Assembly: GCA_951406725.2 (NCBI GenBank)
Contig: OX597818.1
Span: forward strand, 43,524,001 to 43,588,000
Source: Octopus vulgaris
Taxonomy: Eukaryota
DNA length: 64,000 nucleotides
Direction of reading: 5' to 3'
The translations under genes were made by a program, and so were the position numbers. Below the pieces are notes generated by a model that saw nothing but the letters and a program-made list of their open reading frames with translations, did not search any database and was not told the DNA's origin. This document shows positions 39,268 through 51,400 of the stretch, one piece after another; position 1 is the first letter of the stretch, and each line of letters begins with the position of its first letter.

Positions 39268-40584
39268 AATAACTTGATTGTTATATAGTATTTTTATATA
39301 GTTTGAAATGACAAAGGACCAAGATATCTGGTACTTTGCTGTATTCAAGAAGACCCGTCTTCCACAGCAGAAGTGTTAGTGCCACCCTTCCTGAAGAGGA
39401 GTGGCCTACAAGAGTCCTTTGCTACTACTATGTAGAGCACTCATGCTGGCACCATGTAAGAGTGCTTGTGCCAGTGCCATGTTTAAAGCACCCAGCACAC
39501 GGCAAAGTGGTTGGCATTAGGAAGGGCATCCAGCTGTAGAAACCAAGCCAAATCAAGCTGTAACCTGGTGCAGCTCTCCGTGCTAGCTCTGGTCAAACCT
39601 GCCAACCCATGCCAGCATGGAAAATGGATGTTATAAGATGATGATGATGATGATGGTTTGGTGCTTTCTAGGATTTGTGGTGTTCAGGATTTCTTTTTCT
39701 CCAATAAATGATACTATGGATTTGCCTTTCATTTACATAGTTCACTTTTAAATTACATTCAGATGCATATTGAAACAAACAGGCTTAATTACAACAAATT
39801 TTAACCCTATTGTACCATGTTTCTAGTATAGCGGGAAATATTCAAATGTAATCTCTACTGGATTTCCATTAGAGCAGTACTCTCTTTACTTACTTGTTTC
39901 AGTCATTTGACTGCAGCCATGCTAGAGCACTGCCTTTAGTCGAGGAAATTGACCCCAGGACTTATTCTATCAGTCTCTTTTGCCAAACCGCTAAGTTACA
40001 AGGGAAGTAAACACACCAGCATTGGTTGTCAAGCGATGTTGGAGGGGACAAACACAGAAACACAAGCACACACACGCATACATGATGGGCTTCTTTCAGT
40101 TTCCGTCTACCAAATCCACTCACAAGGCTTTGGTCGGCCCGAGGCTAAAGTAGAAGACACTTGCCCAAGGTGCCATGCAGTGGGACTGCTTGGCACTTTG
40201 GGCAAGTGCTACACACAGAAAAAGATAAAGTATGAAAAATAGACAACTGGTTCTGTTGCAACACCTTTGTAGTTAAGTGTGTTTATGATCCATTGTTAAT
40301 GGTGCTCCCTATAGCTGTTGTTTACTTTTTTTAATTGAAAGGAAAAACAAAAAAAACCCAGATCTTTTGCAATGATACAAGCTTGGGATGAACCCAGCAC
40401 TTCACTAGGTAAGCGAGCAAGACCTAGACTACAATTGAAGAACTTACTGATAATATTTAATCTTTGGACAAAGAGTTTACCCTTACACAGACAATGAGAG
40501 TAATTCAGACAATCAAACTGTTGAAAGTGATGAAGAAAGTAGCATTTCGGGTGAAATACAGTAGTTGAGAGAGAGGCTTATTAT

Positions 40585-40980
40585 TGTTATTCTATTTATT
40601 TTTATTTTATCTAGTTTCAGCTCACGAGCTGTGGCCATGCTGGGGCACCGCCATTTGGTGTTGCTACATGGATTTACTTCACAAATGCTTTTTAGCAATT
40701 GCCATTTGGTGCATGAGAGTTCGATGCAGCTGCCCTCATCTGCACCTCCTGCCGTGAAGTTGGTTCATCTGGGACACCTGACAGGAAGAGATCCAGTTTT
40801 ATTTTAAAGACATCTGCATCCACCCCATGCAGGTCTCTCAGGTTCTTCGGGAGGATATTGAAGAGCTGTGGGCCTCTGAAGCCCAGACTATCACAGTATC
40901 TTGTCCTACATCTTGATGGCAAATTTAGAGTCCTTGGCACTATGCAGTGGCGCCCAGTTCTAGCATTTGTGTAACTCTCT
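40585..40980 (-). mobile_element. CR1-group LINE 3' fragment
   Basis: GRHCIVP..DSLGFRGPQLFNILPKNLRDL..FKIKLDLFLSGVPDEP; A-rich tail. Confidence 0.8.
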
Positions 40981-43900
40981 TGGATTTTTTTGTGATTCTG
41001 TCCATTAGTTTGCTTGCAATTATTATTCTTGAGCTGTGTAAAGTGGCAAGCTGGCGGAAACGTTAGTATGCTGGGCAAAATGCTTAGCAGTATTTTGTCT
41101 GTCTTTATGTTCTGAGTTCCAATTACACCGAGGTCGACTTTGCCTTTCATCCTTTTGGGGTTGATAAATTAAGTACCAACTGCGTACTGGGATCGATATA
41201 ATCGACTGGCCCCCTCCCCAAAAATTTTGGGACTTGTGCCTAGAATAGAAAAGATTATTCTTGAACTGTGTAACTATTTTTGGCTCAGAAGCCCAGGCGG
41301 AGGATAAAGTTAGAGACAGAGGCTTAGGGCTGAGAGGCTTAATCTTATTTTTAGACAGAAATTAATAATTTGCTCATTCTTAATGCAATCAATGGTTATA
41401 TTTAATCTAAATGTACCTGATCAATGTGAAAGCACACATTTAATTGCTTGATAGTATTAATTTGGATCAGATCAATCCAATATTGGTAAAATTCTAGTGC
41501 ATCATCATCAACATCATCATCGTTTAACGTCCGCTTTAAACGATAATGATGATGATGATGATGCATCACCTGCTTGCATTAGGTACAGAGACATGTATTT
41601 CTAGTTGGTTTTTGTATTATCAACATGATTATACTATGAAACTAGTATGAATGATTTAGCCAGACATGGCTGTATGGTTAACAAGTTTGCTTTCCAACCA
41701 CAAGGTTTCAGGTTCAGTTCCACTGCATGGTACTTTGGGCAAGTGTCTTCTACAATAGCCTCAGGCCAACCAATGCCTTGTGAGTTGGTATGGTAGATGG
41801 AAACCGAAAGTAACTCATCATGTATGTATATATGAGTGTCACTCTCATACAAGCAGTGTAATTCATGATCAATAGTCTGCATAAACATATCTGGCCTTAT
41901 GGAAATATTGCTTTGCTTGGAAACAGGTGAGGATTGGCAACAGGAAGAGCATCCAGCTGTAGAAAATCTGCCTCAAACTCAATTCAACCAAAGTAAGCAT
42001 GGAAAGATAGATGTTAAACCAATGATGATGTTCTAGAATACAGACTGAGTTTGATCTGGCCTGTGATGGATATAAGTAGTAGCCATTGAAGATTTAGGTT
42101 CATCTGGAGAAACCAGCAAATCTTGCAATAAGGATCTTGATACAAGTACAAATCTGAAAGCTACTGCCAATCAAATTTTCACTCATCATCATCATCGTTT
42201 AATGTCCGCTTTCCATGCTAGTATGGGTTGGACGGTTTGACTGTGGGCTGGCAAACCAGATGGCTGCACCAGGCTCCAATCTTGATCTGGAAGAGTTTCA
42301 ACAGCTGGATGCCCTTCCTAATGCCAACCACTCCGAGAGTGTAGTGGGTGCTTTTACGTGTCACTGGCACGGGGGCCCAGTCAGTCGGTACTGGCAACGA
42401 CCTCGCTTGAATCTTTTTACACATGCCAACAGCACAGGTGCCAGTAAGGCGATGCTGGTAACGATCCCGCTCGAATGGTGCCTCCTACATGCCACTGGCA
42501 TGGAAAATAAGAGACCTTATTTCATAGAACAAACAAATCTTAGTAAAGTTCATATATATCCAACAATAAAGAAACAATTGCCGTTAACGAGACTGGAACT
42601 AATGACCAATTAATTGGTCAACAGTCTAGTATTTTTACCTCAAAATTACTAATCAGTTCACATATACAAAATAAAGACAATATTTTCTTCTAGATATTTA
42701 TTTTCTTGGTTACAAATGCAATACATCAAGATGGAAGATGACATTTTAAGCATATGTATGTATATATATATATATATTATATATATGCATATTATATATA
42801 TATATATATGCATATTATATATATACATATATATATATATGCATATTATATATATATATATATATATATCTTTTCTGTGACATGCTTATAGTTGATAGCT
42901 TGTAAAATCATTCTAAAAGGAAAACATATTTTTAAAAATAAACCTATGATTAGTTTTAAACTATTGAGAAAGATAATAAAAGTAAAATACTTCATTTATA
43001 CACAAGATAAAATTGATTTTAGAATGTGAGATATAATAAAGTACAAAGTATTTATGAGCCAATAATCCTTCATGTACACACACACACACACACACACACT
43101 CAACTATGTATAACAGAACTATTATTGTATGTCATTTTAGAAGACAATGCACATATACAAATACACAGAAATACACATACATTTATAGATAGAAATGGTG
43201 GTGTACACCATTGCTATCTATAAATGGTGCCATTACATTGTAAAGAGACCAATATATTCCACAGCCACCTAAAATTCATTGATATTGAAGCATATGTACT
43301 TGGTGAGATTTCAATATCTTTATAAACAAATGAGATTCAATTCCCATTATGAATCAGGTAACTACCACATAAATGACAAACAAAGACAATAAAACAAAAA
43401 TGATTAAAGCAAGCAGATCTAAAAACCAGGCTGTAAAATACTCCCTTAGTTTCCTTGGAAAGTATATTGCTATCTGACAGTTATCAATCATTAAGATAAA
43501 TGAAATTCTAATGATCATTCACAGAAAAATACTCAAGGAAATTTTGCAATGATCTTCATCAAAACAGATCCAGTTAACAAGTATCCACTCTGCTGCTATG
43601 ATTAGAAAAATAGTTTGTAATAAGGGAGAGGGTGATGTCTGTATCTACATTATTACTATATTCATTGTAATTGTATTATTTAAGTGATCTAAAATATTTT
43701 TGATAAAATTTCAACATTTCTAACTACCTTAAAAAACTATTCACTATTGTATATATTCCACAAGAAATGTCCTTATTGTCACAAAGAATTTTGATCATAG
43801 CAATTATCTCCCAATATTATCCATTGCTATCCAGGTGATAGGTCCAAAGAGCTTAAATCATTTGTTCTTTTAAATAGAACAAAATAAAGCACCATTATAA

Positions 43901-44819
43901 AGACTACACCTAGATTATCAGTTGTTAGCACTCTTTGCCTAAGCGAAGAAATATGTCCTAAGTGCAATAAAAAACTTGTTGGACAAGTTCTAGGGATATG
44001 TGCAAATCAATAAAAATGAGTTATGCAAAATATGGTCAAGAAAATCAACTATATCAGCAAATTGTACAAAACCCCTCATGACAATACTTTCCTATGTACA
44101 ATAAAATAAAACTTTGATCTCCAATGCAGATAAACAAGGTTTAAAAGGTTTCAAAAAGATTGATGGAAACTAAAAGTAAAGTTAAAATTATTCTCAGCAT
44201 AACTAACCTAATTTTGAATCAAGAACCACAAAATAAGAATATGGTCTGCTACTTGTTCAATATCATCGTTGTAAAAGTTATTATAAGAGAAACAAAGCAT
44301 CTACGAGACACATGTTAGAAATCAGACCCAAATACATGTTCAGTTTTATTCTAATCATTTATAGAAGCAACAGACTAGGAAGAACAAAGTTAAGCTGGTT
44401 TTATATTCTTGGAAAAAGAGACTAAGTCTATTAATTACAGACCTCAAATGAGCACCAAACAGAAATTAAAAATATCTTCATAAAAGGCAATATAAAACCA
44501 ACCTACAAGTGACATACAATTGTACACACATTCACATATACAAACAGCACACACACATACATATATTCAGATCTATGTAACAGAGACACACACAAACCAT
44601 TGCAACTGGAAGGTATTTATGCCAATACATTTGTACACAAACACAAGATTAACAAAAACAAATCCTATATTATCAACAGAAAAATATGTCCTACTTAATA
44701 TAGTGATTAATCAAACTTTCTAATTAATGAATATAATATCTTAGTTTATATAATTTTATTTTTGTTTTTAATTCCTAATCCTACTAGAGATTAGCAAACT
44801 TGCTCAAGTTATTAATATG

Positions 44820-45413
44820 CTAGAATTTAAATTTATTTTCATTTAAGACCTGGATGTTTTTTTTACTCTCTGGACTTAACCAATCATACAGACTGGAAAA
44901 ACTGTTACTGTCTCGTTTCAAATTAGAACATCTTTGGGGTATATTTTCCTTGTCTTTCCCTTTCTTTAACCAGAATGAATAATCAAACGTTGCCTGGAAT
45001 GGCTGAAAAGGGTCTTTCTTACAAGCAAATTGATCTAACTTGGGATCTGCTTTGAAGACAGGAGTTTGGCTGATGTGATTAACGGCTTCCATATTATTAG
45101 TAGCATCAAACGCTTTTGCAAACCAATTTCTTTCACCACAATTCGGTTGAACAACACACTCGCTGTATTTCTCACAAACTTCATTAGCTTTGCACACTGA
45201 GCTTACTGGTGGTAACTGATCAGAGCTTAAGCCTAATGTACTAAGTTTAGGATCGGGACATTTAGAAATTTGTGAAAGTTCTCTGAACTTCTTTGTTAGA
45301 TTCTCAACACAAGAAGAATCACCAAGGTTTTCAATATCACAATTTTTAGTGAGTCCATGGTCACTGCAAGTAACTGGTTTTGTAGACACATTACTACTAC
45401 TCAAAGACCTTTT
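44820..45413 (-). CDS. NCOA4: NCOA4 terminal coding exon with Cys cluster
   Basis: poly-T + cag acceptor, phase 0, TAG stop. Confidence 0.9.
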   Translation of the reverse strand, partial: KRSLSSSNVSTKPVTCSDHGLTKNCDIENLGDSSCVENLTKKFRELSQISKCPDPKLSTLGLSSDQLPPVSSVCKANEVCEKYSECVVQPNCGERNWFAKAFDATNNMEAVNHISQTPVFKADPKLDQFACKKDPFQPFQATFDYSFWLKKGKDKENIPQRCSNLKRDSNSFSSLYDWLSPESKKNIQVLNENKFKF

Positions 45414-48400
45414 CTGAAAAAAAAAAAAAAAAAGAAAAGAAATATAAAGAAATGTCATGTTTTGGCTAAACATTTAGTACATGCAATTATATTAAACTGT
45501 ATGTCAGTAACAGTCGATAAAATTCTAAAGAATTACTACATCTATTTGAAACTAAAATTTTTCTTTTTGAGGAGTAAACAATGAATCTTGCTTTATGATT
45601 ATGATGCTGTATGGCTTTGAAATATGGACAGAGAATACATGACAGCTACAACAATTGAGAAGAGCTTAAGAAACAATTTTCTATATTAAATAAAAGTGTT
45701 ACAAAACATTGACAGCTATGTATAGTAGAGACAACTGCACAAGTAGATAGATATAAAAAGATTGAAATCACATATGAGATGATCAAGATATAAGAAAGAT
45801 CTAGATACATGAAAGGATTCCTAAAATGACCTCTCCATCCATGCTGGTACCGAAAAAAAAAAAGAACAATGTCATGAAAATCATTATAGGAAAATATTAG
45901 CATATATGAGGAAACTTACCTTAACAAGCCAGACACTTGGATCTTGAGCTGCAATTTTCTTAAAATAAGAAAATGTTGGCAAAGTTTTGGATGACCTTCC
46001 AAGAGGCATAGGCTTTCGTTTAGCAGCCAACCAAACACTGTTATCTATATCAGGGGTTCTTTTGCATCCAATAGCATTCTTCAATATTTCACTGTTTACA
46101 GATGCAGGGCTACTTGAAACAATCTCAATAGAATCAGTATCTTCATCTAAAAGAAAATCAGACAATTGTTTTAGAGAGTAATGAATAATTTGTACCTAAG
46201 TTTCAATACCTAAATCATTAAACTGGATATCTATCCTTTTAGCTATTTCACTGAGCTTGAAATTATATTTCAATCTCAACATGTTTAATACACTGATAAC
46301 TTTAATAATAAAGAAAACTATCTTTAAATTTCGTTTTTGGATTTGGTTTGCAAGATTCTTTATATGAGTTCAATAGTTGATACCTTGTCATGAGTGAAAT
46401 TGGTGAACAGAGATTATAAAGAAACCTGTCACATGCATGTGTCAAAAAATTGTCCTCAAATTTCAGCACTGTGTCACATGACAGTTAGCTGGCACTGACT
46501 GCTGGAACCTACCAGTGAGTATTTAAAGGGAAAAATTTGCTAAGGTGGTCATTCACCTGCTGACATTCATTGACACTGCATCAAAGCAACCAAAGAAAAC
46601 GGGAAAAAAACGCACTCAACACCAGAGCTGAAGACACCTCTGAAAGGGGGGCCCCGCCACGTCAAAAACGGTAGAGGAGTAGGGGCCGAAACCAGACATG
46701 GTTCCTCCTGATGATGATGTCCTTAGCCACTGGAACCTATAAAGGAGTTGTTGAGGTGGCGAACCACAAAACATGGTTGGAATTCCCACCAAATGAAATA
46801 AGGGTTTTTAAACTAAACAAGTAGTAGGTCACCTTGGAAAGACTTCCTGATCTCCAAGCTACACACCTTGTCAAGTAATGTTACTCCAAAGATCCTCTGG
46901 AGGAACTTAATTTCAGTCACCTGAATTTGCAATCCTACTCTTTTGGTCATTATTCAACATTCATAGCCATAGGTGAAGAGAAGAACCAAATTGAAGATAG
47001 TGAGTTTGGCTTATTACCAACCTCTCCTCTTCCGAAGATCAAATGCTGGAGCTGGTACATTACTATATTGGCATCTGTAATTCTAACATCCAAAAACCTC
47101 CAAAGTTGCAACAATTGCTCAGGTGGTCTCTCACGAGACCCTGATATTAACATTGCTAGAACTGCATTGTAAAGACATTGATTTCTCTTTAAAGCCAGAA
47201 AATAATACAAACCTGTTCAATCATCTACAAAGCTCTCTCTCTCTCTACATACACAAATGTCCTAGACTGCACCCAAAAGAGGGTCATTTGATTGATGCAC
47301 ACACTAAACAGTTGGCACAATTCTTCTGAATACTTCACTCTCACCAGTCTCAGTGGGTCAACAAAAGTTAATTGTACTACGTACATGAGGAATGGTTGAA
47401 GGATTCTTCATGTATGTAGTACATTTAACATCTACAAAGCAATTACCCCAGCTCCCCTTCAGGGTTGGTGAAAGTGATGTGGTGGACAACAAAAAACCTG
47501 GTTGATGACAGTCAAGGCTGATCTGGAACCCAACCTAGGCCTCCATATCTACGGCGTTCGCCGCTGGAATAGGGAGTGGTTGGAGATCACGCGGTCATTA
47601 GCCTCAAATCGCCAGGCGTGGTCAGCGTTTGTGAGAGATGCAGCATTGAAGATGAATGAAGCCAGCTCAACCCACCCCGGGTGAATGCTGTCTCAAGCAA
47701 GCAAGCGAATGTACTATGCTTACTCCACTGTCTATCTTACACAAATTTGAAAAATAAAATTTAATTGACTGCAATAGAATGAAAAACTGCAAGTAAACTT
47801 TAAAATTCTAATTAAACAAACGATGCCTACCACTGTTGAGTTCTTCTGTGTCCAAAATTTCAAAGCCATCGTCTTCAAAGTCATGATTTTGTTTTATTTG
47901 ATGAAGCCAGTTCTGAATACTTGCATTTTTAGGTAATTCAGCAAGACAAACAGAACTGCTGTTTTGTGAAGGAGATAGGGATTTGGGGCTAGCCAACCAG
48001 TCAGCTGTTCTACATGTCTTGAATGGTGCAAAGATAACTTTAGAATTAATCGGTGTGCTGATCTTGCTCAAAGAAGGTTTCTTTCGTGGTTTGGCCAGCC
48101 ATTCACTGGTTACAAGCTGAGGAATATTTACAAAGAAAAAGCTTGACATTAGTTTTATAAAACAAAAACAATAATAATAACGATAATGGTTTCAAATTTT
48201 TGGCACAAGGCCAGCAATTTTGGGGGAGAGGACAAATCGGTTACCTCAACCCCAGTGTTCAGCTGGTACTTATTTTATCAACCCCGAAAGGATGAAAGGC
48301 AAAGTCAACCTTGGCAGCATGGAAAACAGATATAAAATGATGATAGTGATGATGATTCTTGTCATGATGATCTAATAGACTAAAATAATTTCTTAAGATT

Positions 48401-51400
48401 TAACTTACCGATTTCACAGAGTTTGAAGCCTGCTTTGTCTGTTCAACTGCTTTGTGTGATACATTTCTATAATCTTCAGATTGTTTTGATAAACTGGTTG
48501 GTGAAGTGTCTGACTCAGCAAATGTTGAGAGAGAAATTCCATTTGAAGTGATTTTACCAAAATTCATCACAACATCTTTCAAGCCGATTGGTGTTGGTTT
48601 AAATGTCATGTGCATAGGTTCCTCGGGGACCATATCACGGAGACAGAGGCTGCAACAGAAGTTTAAAATGAGCAGGAATCTATGCAACATCCAATACATA
48701 TTAGTGACAGAGACAAGTGTTAATACCGAGAGGCAATATTTATCCCCACTTAAACATGACTGTTCTATTGAACAAACTTCACTGTCGTAGTTGCTGTGAG
48801 AGTAACTTTCATATTGGCCTTTTTATGCAAAAATGCACTCTTGGTTATATCGCTAGCAGGGAGATTAAATCTCCACCACATCCGGCATTGAGACCACCAA
48901 ATCACGTGATTCAACATAACATCATTGTTTAACGTCCGCTTTCCATGCTAGCATGGGTTGGATGATTTAACTGAGGACTGGCAAACCAGATGGCTGCGCC
49001 AGGCTCCAATCTGATCTGGCAGAGTTTCTACAGCTGGATGCCCTTCCTAACGCCAACCACTCCGAGAGTGTGGTGGGTGCTTTTAACATGCCACCGGCAC
49101 GAGGGCCAGTCAGGCAGTACTGGCAACAGTCACGCTCAAATGGTGCTTTTTACATGCCACCTGCACAGGAGCCAGTCCAGCGGCACTGGCAACGACCTCG
49201 CTTGAATGTGTTTTTGTCAATGATCAATGATATTGTCAATCTTGTCTTGTGAGTTCGTGATTTGTGATTTGTTCATCACTGACAAGACCAAACAAGGTCA
49301 AAATCATAGCAACTATCATAGTAAAGTTTGTTCTAAAAGAACATCGATGTTTAAGGTGGTGGGGATAAATATCTCATTGTTATCTACGACCTATACCAGT
49401 TTTAGACGAATTTTTAAAAATCATTAAACATCTTTTTAGGAACAGTGAATCTTGAAGCAAATACAGCTATAAATAATAGCAAATTTGGGTTTAAAATATT
49501 TTGGATAGAAAAAGTAGAAGGCTGCTCTAAAACATCTAATTTTAAAATAATCTGTGTAAAGAAAAATTGTTCCATTTAAGCCCTATTTATTCATATTATT
49601 CCCAAATATTCTAAATGTCTCCCTTTCATAACATTTCAAAAAGAAAAAAAGAAAATTGAATATCTAGAAATACAGCAGTTCTTGTGTAATGTATGCTAAA
49701 AGACATAAGCATGGCACATCAATACTAAAACTTAAAGTACATTTTAACTGAAGTAGTATTTTAACTGCATTATGCCCTGTATATACGAGGTCTGATCAAT
49801 AAGTATCTGGACTGGTGCTATAAAAACAAAACTACAACACACCAATTTGGCATTTAATCTCCTTCAAAGTAGTCCTCTTCGAAAAACCACACACTTAATC
49901 CAGTGCTGCAAGCATTCCTGGAACTCCTTTTCTGAGATAATCAGCAGCTGCCTTGTTGCATTCACTTTGATTTCCTCAACATCCAGAAATCTTTCTCCTT
50001 TTAAGCGGGATTTGATTTTTGGAAAGAGGAAAAAGTCACAAGGGGCGAGATCTGGGGAATATGGTGGCCATTGGGCTTGGGAAATGCTGTGCCTAGCTAA
50101 AAACTGCTGCACAAGTTGTGCTGAATGGGCAGTGTGTTGTCATGGTGCAATTGCCACTCACTGGCCACATGTAATTGTGGCCTTTTTCGGCGAATAGTAT
50201 CCTGGCAAACACCACAAAACATCACGGTAGTACTCCTTGTTTATTGTCTGACCAGGTGAAGCATACTCATGATGTACAATCCCCTCTTCAGTTTCAGAGA
50301 GGTTGGAGTCTTCCACTGCAAAGACTGAGCCTTTGTTTGGGGATCATAGCCATAGACCCATGATTCATCACCCGTTATGACTGTTTTCAAAAAGTTTTCA
50401 TCATTTTCAACACAATCAATGAGATCTTGTGCAACTGAAACCCATGTGTCTTTTTGGTCAGCTGAAAGCAGTCTTGGCACAAACTTGGCAGACATGTGTC
50501 TCATACCCAAATCTTCAGTGATAATGGGCTGAACTGTAACTAATCTGCACATCATCTAATAACTCACAGATGGTGATTCTACAATTTCCCCTCACAGCTG
50601 TATGCACATCTGCAATGTTTCTCTCAATTCTGCTAGTTGCAAGTCTCCCAGAACGTTCGTAACTATCAACATATTTTCGGCCATCTTGGAAATGTCTGAA
50701 CCACTTGTACACTTGTGTACGACTCATACACTCTTCTCCATACACTTTCTCCAACTTTGCATAGGCCTGAGAACAGGCATCACCAAGCTTTTGGTGAAAT
50801 TTGATGCAGATTCTCTGCTCAACTTTCTCTGTCATAGTCAGTGTGACGATCATGCACTATACACGTTCATTCCAAACACTGCTGTAAACAAGAGAAGAGA
50901 GCTAGAATGTTAAAACTTAGTGCACATGCACAGCAGAGTTCAAGGTCAATCTGTGCCAAGTGGCTTCACAAAAGAAAGAGAAAAAAATTAGCAAATAGAA
51001 AGCATGAAGTCAAGTTTTCTCGTGATTTTTTTTTTTTCATAAACTTTATATTGTATTCAAAAACCATTAACTCACCTTTCAAAGTTATCCTCCAAAACAT
51101 AGTTTTCTTCATCAGAACATTTAACTGTATGTTGCAACTTGTCAAGCTTACAATTAAGAGCAGCTAACTTCTTTTGTAATACTTCTTCTTTTGAACTTTT
51201 GATCATATCCACCTGATTAATGAGTTGCACCTCTCGATTTTGCAAGGCTTCCAGAAGGCGACTCGTTTGTGAGCGGATTTGGGATTTTAACTGGAAAAAG
51301 ACAACCGATATATTAACTGATAGGAAATTATAAATTATTATGCAAAGTAAACAGGAAAACAGTTTTCATGCTGCACTATAAGAGTGAAGTCCATTGTTAA

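Noticed and set aside
46147-46195. Alternative NCOA4 acceptor at 46195 extending the exon
   Set aside because: Phase mismatch with the upstream phase-1 donor leads to an early stop; the 46146 acceptor has a better pyrimidine tract and keeps frame
46950-47212. 86-aa minus-strand ORF with a phase-compatible acceptor as an extra NCOA4 exon
   Set aside because: Weak acceptor, no NCOA4-like motifs, and the region looks transposon-derived
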